DNA from: Octopus bimaculoides
Taxonomy: Eukaryota
NCBI RefSeq assembly: GCF_001194135.2
Contig: NC_068986.1
Span: forward strand, 4,725,145-4,756,536
Length of the DNA: 31,392 nucleotides
Reading direction: 5' to 3'
This document shows positions 1 to 11,429 of this stretch, in pieces. The position numbers and the translations under genes were made by a program. Every line of letters begins with the position of its first letter. The first letter of the stretch is position 1. The notes under the pieces are model-generated. The model was not told where the DNA came from. It worked only from the letters and a program-made list of their open reading frames with translations, and did no database searches.

Positions 1-299
1 TATATATATATATATATATAATGAACCATGTAATTCACACTCTGGAACAGTTATTTCTGTAAAATGTTGGGAGTGGGTAAAATTTCTGAGGCTTCCACCT
101 CACCCCACCCCATTTTTCGGACCCCAAAAAGGGTTTTGCAGCATATTAGGAGGTCAGGGTACTTGATTCCACACAAAAATTTCCAAGTTTTTTTTTCCTT
201 TTTCTTAGTGAAAATTGTGCGGGTGTTACACAAAAATTCGCCCACGTCTACTAGTTTGCTGCAACAACAACAATGACAAGAATAGTGAAACATGTCAAA

Positions 300-3200
300 A
301 AAAAAAAAAAAAACAGGGTAAAGGAAAAAGATGTCTAAAATATAGATGGAGAAAGACATGCTCTCTGTCACAGAACACAGATTTCTTGATAAGAAAACTC
401 TAATCATAATATTAAAAGGCAGTGGCTATCCCAGTTGGAGTAAACAGTAAAAGATGAAGAACATGGCTATGTAGAAGAGGAAACTGAACAAGCAATAGCA
501 GAAAGACCAATAAATCATCAGGAGGGAAATTAAAAGGCAGGATGGAAACAAGTGTTACTACATGGAAAGAAAGGATGTAACAGAAAAGGAAATGTGCTTA
601 TTGTAATGGCTAGATGAGACACAAACTAGTGATGAATGACTACCAACTTTGAGAGGAATCAAGAGAAAAACAACATAAAGTAGTAAAGAAGCTGGATGAG
701 CTCTTACCGAAAACCAATGTTGAAAAATTAACAGATGTAAATGATTTCATGTACTGTGCAACCTCTGTTGTAGTAATTATTAGGGCTAAAAGTGAAACAG
801 AAAAACAAAGTGGGTGGGGACAAGGTGAAAATACAGACTTGATATTCAAGATGAACAGCTCATTAAAGAAGATTTTGAAAGGATAAATGAAATTATTGAA
901 ACAAAGATGGTGAAAGAAAAACACAGGGAAGAGCTCCAAGGCAAAAACTTAAAGCAATATTAAGCAAAACTACTAGATATTAACAAAGAATGTCAGCAGA
1001 ACAGGTTCACATATCAGCAGAACAGGCTCAAATATCAGCAGAACAGGCTCTTCAGAAACAATGAAAGGAAATTTTACCAACAGCTGAACAACAAGGACAA
1101 ACATGAGAAGAATAATGTGCCAAATGCTTAAGCAGCAAGGAACTTTTGGTCAAATATTTGGAGCAACATAACATGAAAGAGAACTAATTATGGAAATTCA
1201 AAAGTGAAATAGAAAACAGATCAAAACAAGAGATTATTAATATGAATATTACAGATGAGGAAGTGAAAACGATGTTTAAGAAAACATTAATACCCCTGAA
1301 ACTAATGGTATTCTGGATTCAGATTTTAAAATCTCAGAAGCATGTATACAGCTATATACAACTATTTCTTAATGACTGTATAGAAAATGGAACACCAACA
1401 TGGATGAAAAAAGGAAAGACAGTACAAACACAGAAAGACACAGAAAAGGGAAGGGAAAATCAGTAATTATAAGCCTGTTACATGCTTACCATTACTCTGA
1501 AAATCATTAACTGAGAAAGAGAATCTATTATGAGAAGAGCAAAAGGGACACAGAAAGAAGTCAGAGGATCTGTAGTATATCAATAGCATGATATTAAGCA
1601 AGGTGCAAATAAGAAAGAAGGACAGACTACATTAAAACCAATGATAGTGTTCCATACTGTTCTTGGTTCTTAAAGTGTCCGAGAATGCTTTGGGTCAGTG
1701 AGAAGATTAATAATTTTTAGAAAATGCAATGAGCTCATGGGAATTATAACTAAAATGCAGAAATATATCATTAGAAAATGTGAAAATTTGTAGGAGAATA
1801 TTTCAAGGAGACTTCCTTGCTCCATAACTTTTTGCCATTGTGTAAATCACTCTTACATGCATATTGAGAAAATCCAAGCCTGTCATTGAGTTTGGCCAAA
1901 AATCAGGCTGAAAATGAATATCCTGCTATATATGAATGACTTGAAACTGTACTAAAAAAAAATGAATAAGACATGCATCCTTTGATCCAAACAGTAAGAA
2001 TATTTAAAAAGGAAATTGGTATGCAGTTTGGGGTAAATAAGTATGCAGTTTTAAGTATGAAAAGAATCTGAAAGGTTAAAACGGATGGTATAAATTTACA
2101 AGATAATGTCATTAGATTGTTGAGAGGTAATGAGAGATACAAGAACCTAGGGATGCTATAGGACAATAGGGTATAGGGTGATAGGATAAGCTATAGGATG
2201 AAAGAGAAGTGAGGGACAAAATCTTCAAAGAGTACAAGAATAGGATTAGGAAAGTGCTCAAAACAAAAACTAAATGCAGGGAATGTTATCAAGGCATTCA
2301 ATAACTGGGCCATGTCAGTATTGAGATACTCCATACCATTTTCTACAGGAATTAGATAAAACTAGGTAGCTGCTCAAATTCACAAAATACACTTTCCTAA
2401 AAGCAATATCAAAAGGTTCAACTTAGCAAGAAAGGAAGGAGGCAATGGTTTGTTAATCACACAAGACACCATCAGAACAGTGATATTAAGTTTAAACAGC
2501 TATGTCAAAGTGCAATGAAGAAATAATACTGCCTGTGATCAGAAATATCCCCAAAAGTCACAGAAACCGCAAGAGAATTTGAGAACAGAAAGAACAACAA
2601 GAAGCCAAATAGCTAGAAAGAGTAAGAATTACATGACTAATTCATGCAACAAACCAAGAAAGTAAAGAATGCAGGTTTTGGCTGACAAATGGAAACTGGA
2701 AATAAGAAAAAGTTGCTAACCATAGTCAGGGACAAGCCATTTGAATAAACTTGACAAAGATTGATAAAAGTAAGTGTGGAAATGCAAAATCTTTGGAAAA
2801 GGAGACAAAAATATAAACCATTCCTTAAGTGAATGCAGTAAGCTTTCACAAAAAAGTATAAGTGTGAGCATGACTGCATCAGTAGAAGGGTTCAAAATGA
2901 CAGAAAAACGGTAAGAACACAAGCCAGAGGCTATGATGAGGAAAGATAATAACAGGATTTTATAGGATTTCAACCATAAAGATTGGCCATACTAGTGAAG
3001 CAAAGAAACTAGATGTGATCATAGAGGACAAAAAAACTGTAGGACCATAGATTTTCCATTACCATATAATAATAGACTGTATACCAAAGAAATTGAAAAC
3101 GATTGGACCTGAATAGAAAGATGAAGAGAACGTTAAGGACTAAGGTGACAATTGTTCCTGAAGTAACTGGTACTCTTAGCACAAAAACCAAATTTGCTAC

Positions 3201-3385
3201 CTAAGAGGCTGAAAGATTTTGGAATTGAGACATGCTGTATCAACATGCAGTAAAATGCCATACTGTATTCTGCAAGAATCCTAAGAAAAATTCTTCAGAT
3301 TTGAGGAGACATTTTGCCAACAAACCTGAAGATGATAATCCTTGTTAACTAAAAGTAGCATGTAATAGCTTTATAATAATAATGA
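300..3385 (+). mobile_element. Dong/R4-clade non-LTR retrotransposon (RT plus restriction-like endonuclease), near full-length ORF relic, copy A
   Basis: Hand translation through stops and frameshifts gives the R4/Dong motifs in order: KRQWLSQLE (~415), QNRLFRNNERKFYQQL (~1040), NFWSNIWS (~1140), NYKPVTCLP (~1465), IFQGD.LAP (~1800), LLYMNDLKLY (RT YxDD decayed to YMND, ~1925-1950), CKIFGKGDKNINHSLSECSKL (zinc knuckle, ~2780-2850), EAKKLDVIIEDKK (PD..D nuclease region, ~3000), SARILRKIL (~3270), then a short 3' UTR ending in TAA repeats at ~3373-3385. Confidence 0.9.
993..1050 (+). repeat. 21-bp tandem triplication inside Dong/R4 copy A
   Basis: tcagcagaacaggttcacata / tcagcagaacaggctcaaata / tcagcagaacaggctc, starting at 993, 1014 and 1035. 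Confidence 0.95.
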
Positions 3386-3409
3386 AATAAAGAATTTAAT
3401 TAAATATAA

Positions 3410-4680
3410 CAAGTTGGAAACAAACAGGAATACTAATAAACTAATTGACATAAGCTGTTCAGTAACTATGGTAGTACCAATGGAAGCAGAGGTCAGTTCT
3501 CAAAGTAAGAGGTATCTTAGTGAAACCTACCAAAAAACAGCTCAAATAGTGAGAGGAACAAATTATCAGAAAAATATTCTGAAAGTGAAAGGATGATTAA
3601 AGCAAATTATATCAGCAATATCATATAGGAAAAATTATTAGAAAAACAAAAGCATTTCTTTTAGAAGAATAAAGTATTTGAAACAATTATCAAACTATTT
3701 TACAAGCACATCACCAATAAAAAGCATGATAGTGAACGAAATGCTAACATCAACAGAAATTCAAAGCTGGCTGTAAGGGAATATGGAACAAAAACATTGG
3801 GCACAATCAATGAGAACAATGGATTAGAAGGAAGGGAGATAAGAAAATGCAATATTGTTGTAAACATGGCTCAGCATAAGTAGTAGGGATTTCAGCAATA
3901 TCATTGATAAAGATGGCAAGTAACTGGAAAGCTCCTGGATTTAACAAAGTCTGCAATTTCTAACTGAAATGCTTAAGTAGTTTTCATGCACCTGTAGCAG
4001 CAATAATTTCAGGAATTAATAAAGAGAGCAGAATTAATGCCTCAGTGGTAAACAGAGAGAAAATAATATTGATTCCTGAAAACAAGAACACCAATAGCCC
4101 TCAAAAGTAAAGATCTAAAACTTGTTTGCCAACAATATGGAAAGTCCTTATTTGTATATTCTAAAACAGGTTAACTAATCATCTGGAAACTAGTAATATC
4201 TTATCAGAGGAGCAGAAGTAGAGTTGGAGAGGATGTATGGTTGTAAAAAAAAAATCATTGGTAAATCAGATAATCATTCAAGACAATAAGGGAGAGATGA
4301 AAAATTCTTTAGCATGGCATGGATTGATTACTGAAATGCATTTGATATATCAAATTCTTGGATATTGCAAACACAGCATATAAATAAAGCAGCTGTGATA
4401 CTAACGCTGTATATCAGCCATGTCATGTCAGAACAGAAAGCAATACCACTTCAACACAAAGAGATGTCAATAAACACCAGGCCTATTCTCATAAAAGGGG
4501 GAATATTTCAAGGAGGCTTTAATCCCCTACTATTGTACCTGGCTTTCACTCCATTAATAAATTTGATGAATAAAACCACAGATGGTTATAAATTATGTGG
4601 ATGAATTATAAACCATCTCTATACAAAGGATTTAAAACTATTTTACAAGGGACTATGCTCAGCAACAAATCTTCTGCCAG
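3410..4680 (+). mobile_element. Dong/R4-clade LINE copy B, left part (5'-truncated RT N-terminus to the YxDD region)
   Basis: ETNRNTNKLI, WKAPGFNKV, KTCLPTIWKVL, LSEEQK, AWIDY, GGIFQGGFNPLL (also in ORF 4365-4604) and NHLYTKDLKLFY. Clearly diverged from copy A. Confidence 0.85.
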
Positions 4681-4694
4681 AATATTAAAATCAT

Positions 4695-5420
4695 CCTCAT
4701 CCTCATCATTATCATCATTTAACATCTGTTTTCCATGCTGGTATGAGTTGGACGGCTTGAGAGGAACTGGCAAGGCCAGGGGCTCCACCAGGTTCTATAG
4801 TCTGTTTTGGCTTGGTTTCTATGGCTGGATGCCCTTCCTGATGCCAACCACTCCACAAAGTGCACTGAGTGTTTTTTATGTGACACTGTCACCAATGCTT
4901 TTTATGTGGCACCAACACCCATATCAATGCTTTTTATGTGATACCTTAGTTTTACTATCTCAATTCTGTTGTGAGGAGCAGGTCTTCTTGATATAGCAAT
5001 GAACCACATAACTTGGTCCTCTGTCATCTTTGTAAGGTTCAGTGTTTTGAAATTGGCCTTCAGTATTTCATTCCATGTCTTCCTAGGTCTACTTCTTCCA
5101 CAACATCCCTCCAACTCTCTTCATCCATCTGCATCATGTGACAAAACCAGTGCAGTTTCCTCTCTTGCACACTGCATCTAATTCCTCTTATTCTAAACTT
5201 CTCTCTCAATACACCAATGCTCTGTTGCACATGCACAGTGACATCGCACATCCAGTGGAGCATAGCAGCTTCATTTCCTCCAGCCTTTGCATGTCCTCTA
5301 CATTCAGGGCCCATGTCTTATTACTATCCAGCATAGCAGTTCAAACACATACATCATACAATCTTCCCTTCACTCAGAGAAAGAGAGAGACTTTTTGGTT
5401 GCCAACAGAGATAGAAGTTC
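4695..5420 (-). mobile_element. RTE-clade LINE 3' fragment (RT C-terminus, 3' UTR and (GAT)n tail)
   Basis: The minus strand reads GRLYDVCV...NEAAMLHWMC...VQERKLHWFCHM...GRSRPRKTW (ORFs 5060-5314 and 4902-5114). This is followed by a 3' UTR with GGAAGGGCATCCAGCC and a GAT-repeat tail at ~4695-4720. Confidence 0.9.
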
Positions 5421-5424
5421 TCTT

Positions 5425-6095
5425 TCTCCCATTCATTTTCCACATTTCATCACCAGTGATGAGAGTTGGGCCTACAGGTATGACCTTGAGACAAAGCAGC
5501 CATCATCACAATGGAAGAGGCCTTCATCTCCATGACCAAAGAAGGTACAACTGAGCCACAGCTCAATCAAGAGCATGCTCATTATTCTTTTTGATATCCA
5601 TGGTATTGTGCATTGAGAATTTGTCCTCCAGAGCCAGACTGTCAATTGAGAGTTCTACTGTGATGTTTTGAAATGTTGAGAACATTCAGTGAAAGTGATT
5701 GGATCCGTGGAGCACAAAGAATTGGATTCCACATGACAACAACGCACCCTGTCACCAAGCTCTCCTCACTCATGAGCTTCTTGCCTAAATCAAAATGGTA
5801 TCACTTCCACACCTGCCCTATTCACCAGATTTAACACCTGTGGACTTCCATCTCTTTCCCAAGATGAAAATGCAGCTCAAAGGTTGCTGTTTTAACACCA
5901 TTGTCGAGATGAAAAGCATATCACAAAAGGTCCTCAACTCACTTACAGATAACCACTTCCAGGCCAGATTCCAAAAGTGGCAGAAATGCTAGAACTGGTA
6001 TATAAGTGTATAAGGTGACTATTTTGGAGGAGATGGTGTTAAAACTTAGGTAAATAAGTTATTTTTTATCAGACATAACTAGTCTGATAGCACTT
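5425..6095 (+). mobile_element. Mariner (DD34D) transposase relic, catalytic domain to the right end, irritans-like
   Basis: FITSDESWAYRYDLETKQPSSQWK (first D), HDNNAPCH (~5732), PYSPDLTPVDFHLFPKMK (third D, 34-35 residues after the second) and GDYFGGDG. Contains stops and frameshifts; the 5' half is missing. Confidence 0.92.
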
Positions 6096-6109
6096 TGTTC
6101 GAATTCTTA

Positions 6110-6990
6110 GAAAGAGATCAAACCAACAAAATATGCAGAAATGAAAGAGAAAATTAGAAAAGAATACTACAGAAGAAACAGATTAGTATTAATAAACTGA
6201 ACTCATTCCCAGGAATAAAATATTAGATTCATTTTGACCATCTCAGAAATAAACATTGACTCTTGCTGCTTCAACAAAACACAAGGAAAGTTAATACAAA
6301 TGAAGAGCTTAAACAGGACTACAGAAATACTTGTTGCATTTTGAAATCATCATCTTGAAGCCTAATAGAGGTAGGATATCTCTTTCCTTTATACAGGGAA
6401 AAACTGATGAGGTAGAAACAGAAAGAAAGTGATGACATATTGGAGAGATTATAATTAAAAACTAACAAAAAGAAAAAATAGATTGAAATAATAAAGGAAC
6501 ATGAACAAAAAATGTTTTTTGCTATATTTAAAAGAATAACAGAGAATGAATTAGAAAAAACAAGTAGCAAAAAAGATGACATTCAAAATAGAACTCTAAA
6601 TCATTCTAGAGAAAATTGAAGAGAAAAATCACTCTACTGCCAAGAAGTGAAAGTCAACAGTGGCTGAAATGCTTTAAACTAATGTCAGAAATGGAAGATT
6701 TTACTTTAGCTGCATGACATTAATGCCTAACTGCTGAAAAGGAAGGTATAAAAATGAAAAAGGAAATGGAAGGCTAACATTAAATAAAGATGAAATTGGT
6801 GTAAAGAAATAATTGATTTTATTGTCTCTGGCTGCCCAGTCTTTACAAAGACAGAATATGTCAATAGAAATGATAAAGTGAACAGCTATGTCCACTGGGT
6901 AATATGCCATCACTTTCATTTAGAGAAAAAGATATAAGCCTATACTGAAGGTGGTATATGACAATAACTTGGCTACAATAATAAGGGATA
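6110..6990 (+). mobile_element. Dong/R4-clade LINE copy B, right part
   Basis: MKEKIRKEYYRR (~6142), WLKCFKLMSEMEDFTLAA (~6662) and CKEIIDFIVSGCPVFTKTEYVNRNDKVNSYVHWVIC (zinc-knuckle region, ~6800-6910). Continues the protein order of 3410-4680 after a short deletion. Confidence 0.8.
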
Positions 6991-7129
6991 CATCCCAGCA
7001 TTTGTCCTTCTGTCATACATTAGCCTCTAAATACCTGGCACAAAGCCACTCCTCTCAAATACTTATCCCACTTAGTTGAGACAGCTTTTTACTTTTCTTT
7101 TCCTCTTTCTGCTCTTTTCCTGTCTTGCC

Positions 7130-7322
7130 ACTTCACTTGTGCTGGTGGCATAAGAAAAATATCCAGTACACACTGAAAGAGGTTAATGTTAGGAAGGGCA
7201 TCCAGCTGCAAAAACCTTGCCAAAGCTGATTCTGAGGCTTGTTGCAGCCCTGCACCTTGCTGGATCCTTTCAACCCATGCCAGCATGCAAAACAGATGTT
7301 AAATGATTATAATGATGATGAT
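7130..7322 (+). mobile_element. RTE-type 3' UTR fragment with (GAT)n tail
   Basis: gttaggaagggcatccagctg...caacccatgccagcatg..aaacagatgttaaatgat...gatgatgat; same module as the reverse complement of 4700-4860. Confidence 0.75.
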
Positions 7323-7583
7323 ATCTGTCCAAACTGATGAGAAAATTAAAGCCAATTGTCCAAATATCATAATCAAACACATTAACATAAATCCATGTGC
7401 TCTCATAACACTTCAATTGCTTTTGACCACTATATCATACCCCACAAAAAAGTGTTGGTAAAATAAAGTATGAGGATCTTACAATGGAAATAAGCAGAGT
7501 GAAAAGCTGTGCCATTGATAATTGAAGTATCAAGTAAGATGTAGAAGAATATGTGCAGAAAACAAAATAAACAGAACCACATT

Positions 7584-7619
7584 TCAACAAATAGCTCTGC
7601 TAGGCACAGCCAATATTTT
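7584..7619 (-). CDS. Possible terminal coding exon of the unidentified host gene (KILAVPSRAIC-stop)
   Basis: Acceptor aatgttttgcag at 7620-7621; would close a 106-nt intron after exon 7726-7843 in phase 0. Short, no homology support. Confidence 0.25.
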   Translation of the reverse strand, partial: KILAVPSRAIC

Positions 7620-7725
7620 CTGCAAAACATTTTCAATTATATAGCACAACCAACACAGTGTTGTTCAAACAACTCATTGAACACAATTCTAATCTCTACT
7701 ATAATACAACTCCTACTTTACATAC

Positions 7726-7843
7726 TTTATACCAGTAGTGGAAAATTTCCTCAAATACAGGAGAAATTTTACCTTCACTAACATTTGAAAATGTTCGCCG
7801 ATAAAGTTCTCTAAAGGCCCGTTTATACACAAGCAGTTTAAGC
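7726..7843 (-). CDS. Internal exon of the unidentified host gene (xLKLLVYKRAFRELYRRTFSNVSEGKISPVFEEIFHYWYK)
   Basis: Acceptor ttttggtcttaag, donor AAA|gtatgt, 118 nt, phase 2 to 0. Keeps three CpGs in Arg codons in a CpG-poor background. Phase-compatible with exon 15295-15433. No family recognised. Confidence 0.6.
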
Positions 7844-8261
7844 CTTAAGACCAAAACAGCAATTACAAGTTGCTTTCAATACCCCATAGAGGCATAAACA
7901 AATTTCTTTTAACCGTAATGTACAGCTATTTGGCATTTGTTCATTTGTTCTCTCCTCTAAAAAACTGTTGCTTGCAGACATTTATTCTGTCTTAAACAGG
8001 CTGTGTAAATTCAAGTTTTCTTTAGCTTAGTTGTCTACTGTGCCATTACAAATTAGATGTCATTATTTTGAAAGCTGGTTTATATCTATATTTCCTTTAT
8101 CTATTTTTATTAAAGATTTAAAAATAATATCATAAAATACATAAAACTGCTTCTAAAATGGCTGGTACTAATGAATGGGAAACTGTTGCAAGTGAAAGTC
8201 TTGTTCAATGAACAATGGACAGATAATAATTTTTTTCATAGAATTAGAAAGTAGTTATCAT

Positions 8262-8400
8262 TGTTGTTTAACATTCACTTTTCCATGCTTCATGGCTTGG
8301 ATGTAATTTATTGCGACAGATTTTTCTATAACTAGATGCCCTTCCAGTCACCAGCTATCACCTGTTTCCAAGTAGAGTAATATTTCTCATGGCCAAGCAT
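8262..8400 (-). mobile_element. Old RTE-tail-like repeat fragment
   Basis: gtttaacattcacttttccatgc...tagatgcccttcc is the reverse complement of the GGAAGGGCATC...GCATGGAAA..GTTAAA module. Confidence 0.5.
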
Positions 8401-8481
8401 ATTTTCAAGGAAGATAAGAAACAAAGGATTCTGCTTGCATGTTTACAATTATCACATGAAATCAAAGCAAGGAGACCACTA

Positions 8482-8512
<31 letters not shown>

Positions 8513-8519
8513 TATATAT

Positions 8520-8620
8520 ATATGTTGGGTTTCTTTCAGTTTCTGTCTACCAAATCCACACAAGACTGTGGTTGACCCAAGGCTATAGTAGAAGACATCT
8601 GCCCAGTGTGTCAAATGGTG
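8520..8620 (-). mobile_element. tRNA-derived SINE family A, 5'-half fragment
   Basis: tttctttcagtttctgtctaccaaatccac...ggctatagtagaagacat matches the other family A copies in the window. Confidence 0.75.
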
Positions 8621-8968
8621 GAGGTGATACACAACAGTGCGTGTGTGTGTTTATTTGCAGCAGTTTGTAAAAAGTACAATCTCCAGTGTCACTATTTGAC
8701 CAAATGAAGTATACAAGAAGCTGAAAGAGATTCTGCATTTGAACAAATTGAAAAGTTTAAGAAAATTCTTTATGCAAACAAAAATCTATTGTCAAAACAT
8801 GTCAATAAAATATAGATTTTTGTATGTATCAAGATTTATCTTTTATCGCTTATTTGTTTCAAACAGTGAACTGCTGCTCAGTACTTAAAGTCTAGTACTT
8901 ATTCTTTTGCCAAACTACTAAGTCATGGGGACATAAAAAATACACTAATTTCAACTGGTGATGGTAGT

Positions 8969-8970
<2 letters not shown>

Positions 8971-9047
<77 letters not shown>
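8971..9047. repeat. Perfect (CA)n microsatellite, 77 bp
   Basis: Read directly. Many other (TA)n, (CA)n and (TACA)n tracts occur, for example at 1-20, 17280-17325, 23575-23620, 24453-24490, 27750-27786 and 29737-29800. Confidence 0.98.
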
Positions 9048-9049
<2 letters not shown>

Positions 9050-9195
9050 TATCCTGCATCAAGCCATAGAAACGATGCCAGATCAAACTGGAGTCTGGTG
9101 CAGCTCCTCAGCTTACCAGTCCTAGTCAAACAGTCCAATCCATACCAGTTGGGACAACGGACCTTAAATGATGCTGTTGCTGCTGATGATGATAC
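9050..9195 (+). mobile_element. RTE-type 3' UTR end
   Basis: gcatcaagccatagaaac...gtccaatcccataccag...ccttaaatgatgctgttgctgctgatgatgat. Confidence 0.75.
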
Positions 9196-9439
9196 ACATA
9201 ACAGGCTTCCATATAGTCTCTGTCTACCAAATTCACTCACAAGGCATTGGTTGGCCTGGGGCTATAGTAGAGGATACTTGCCTAAGGTGTTGCAATGTGA
9301 ACTTCTTAATCACACAACTATGCCTGCACCTAAGCAATACCTAAGAAATCTAGTTTGGTGTTCGATGTATGGCAGCCTTTACTCTCCACTGCTATTCTAC
9401 TGAACAACAGATCATATCAGATATTATATTTTGATATTA

Positions 9440-10800
9440 TATCAGATATTATATCAGATATTATATTTTGAAAACTTCCCTATTCCAATACAAGATGAAG
9501 ATCACTTGACTACATTGATATTATTGATAGAGACACATTGGCATGAAAGTAAGGATCTACCAAACCGAATGGAGTACAGAGATCCATGGTGCTGCATTGC
9601 AAATAAACAGCATCAGAATTATTGTTTTATTTGATACCTATGGATGAGATAATAGAATGTACATTTGGCTGTACATGTACAAAAGTTAATGGTAAACTTT
9701 ACAGTGCAAGAAAATTTACTTGCTTTAAAATTTACTTCCCTAAAAGTCAATGCATGTAAATATCTTGTCTCTAAAGTCAAACCAGCAATAAATGATTTTG
9801 ATTTACTTCATAAGAAAGAAGAAAAATACTTAGCAGAATAGTTTTAGATGGTATGCCATCTATGGCTGGATTTTAAAAAAGAATTATTGCTTTTATCAAT
9901 AAAGAATTGGAAAACAGTTGATTGATTCTTAATAATGTTTCATTGTGTTATTCACCACCGACATTTATGGTCTCATTCTCTAAGAATGAATTACATGATA
10001 AAAGTGGCAAGAAATATGTATTAACTTCTTAAAAGGTAAAGGATTGAACATTAGAATTTTTTTTTTTTAATTTAAAATCCCTTAAAGTGGGATATGGTTA
10101 TGTATCATTGTGCATATACATGATGGGGATGCATCCTTAAATGTTGCTATGAGTCAAGAGACAGTGGGAAAGCTTTCATGGATGTTAAAGACCATCCTTT
10201 TATAGAAACAGAAGGCTAATACGGCTATATGACTTGGCATTTTTGGCCAACACCACTAAGTTTGAAATTCCAAGGCCAAATCAGTTTATTACTTCTCTTT
10301 GTGTTAATATCCTTGAATTAATGTTGTAATTGTTCATAATTCAGTTTTTAAAAAATACCACATTGCAAGTATATTTTTAGAGACTGGAAGAACAGAATCT
10401 AGAAACAATGGTGAAAGAGGTTGCAGAGTATTTCAATCTTTTGGATCAATTTCAAGAAAATGGTTTTGATATATACAAAATCATGAACTCAAACTATAAA
10501 ATTGGGAAACTCCTTTTGATGTGATGCCAGAAGAAGCTCTGATTCTCACAACTCACATTAATTAATGCACACTTAAATGATACTTCGATATCAGAATTAA
10601 ATAGTGTATCTATTTTAAAACAATATAAATTCTACAAAGATAAAGAAAAATATTCACTTTTGAGGAAGCATGCATTGAAACTTGTAAAACATTTCAAAGC
10701 ATACACCCTCAACAGTTCAATTTCTGCATTTATGTATTTCAGTACCAAGAGTCAATCTCTGTCCCAGCAGATGATAATATATCACTTAAAAGAAATTGTG
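9440..10800 (+). mobile_element. hAT transposase relic (Charlie/SPIN/GTF2IRD2-like)
   Basis: Frameshifted translation gives VLDGMPSMAG (TTDGAPAMxG motif, ~9845), a CxxH region near 9945-9960, INFLKGKGLN, YDLAFL...LKFQGQNQ and the dimerisation-domain-like YSLLRKHALKL (~10655-10690). Many stops; no TIRs identified. Confidence 0.8.
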
Positions 10801-11429
10801 AAATTATTCATTTATAAATATAACAAGTATTTAGGGGGCTGTAAACAGAAACAATAACTATAAAAATAGGTATCTTGGGACTGATTCAAAATTTAGGTAG
10901 AGACATACACCAGAACTTACACATATTCAGAATATATGCAAAACAGCACCACCAAACATTCAAATTTCTTCTGTAATGTACTTTCAATACAATAGATTTA
11001 AAAAATCCTGCACAAAACCAAAGCACAAAGAACAGCACTTGATTATACAGTGAAAGCATGCAATAAGATCATGGTTATTGAACTAATAATAATGATGTTG
11101 ATGATAATAATAATAACAATGTTTGCTGTATTAACCACTAAGGTACAGGACAATACAATGTGGGGTTGCATAATAGTGTACGAACAGTATTAAAAAAGTG
11201 AGAAATGAAGAAACAAAAAATTCAAACAAGAAATTATTCCCCAAAAAGTGGGAGATCTCTAATGGTGCCCTCTTTCTCCTCCTCTTTGGTCTATCAGCAC
11301 ATTTTCATAATAAACCTGTTCCCTCAGACCATCCTTGCCACTTTCATCCACCTCTCAACAAATTTGTTGTAAAGCAGCACTTCCCTCTTCAACCTCACTT
11401 TCCTTTCCAAATAAAATTTGAAAAAAGTT

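Larger units (their letters stand above)
8885..9335 (-). mobile_element. SINE family A copy split by a long (CA)n and an inserted RTE 3' end
   Basis: SINE 3' half at 8885-8970, (CA)n at 8971-9047, plus-strand RTE tail at 9050-9195 and SINE 5' half at 9200-9335. Confidence 0.75.

Noticed and set aside
8892-9240. ORFs with VC, HT or YI dipeptide runs here and elsewhere
   Set aside because: These are translations of dinucleotide microsatellites and SINE sequence.
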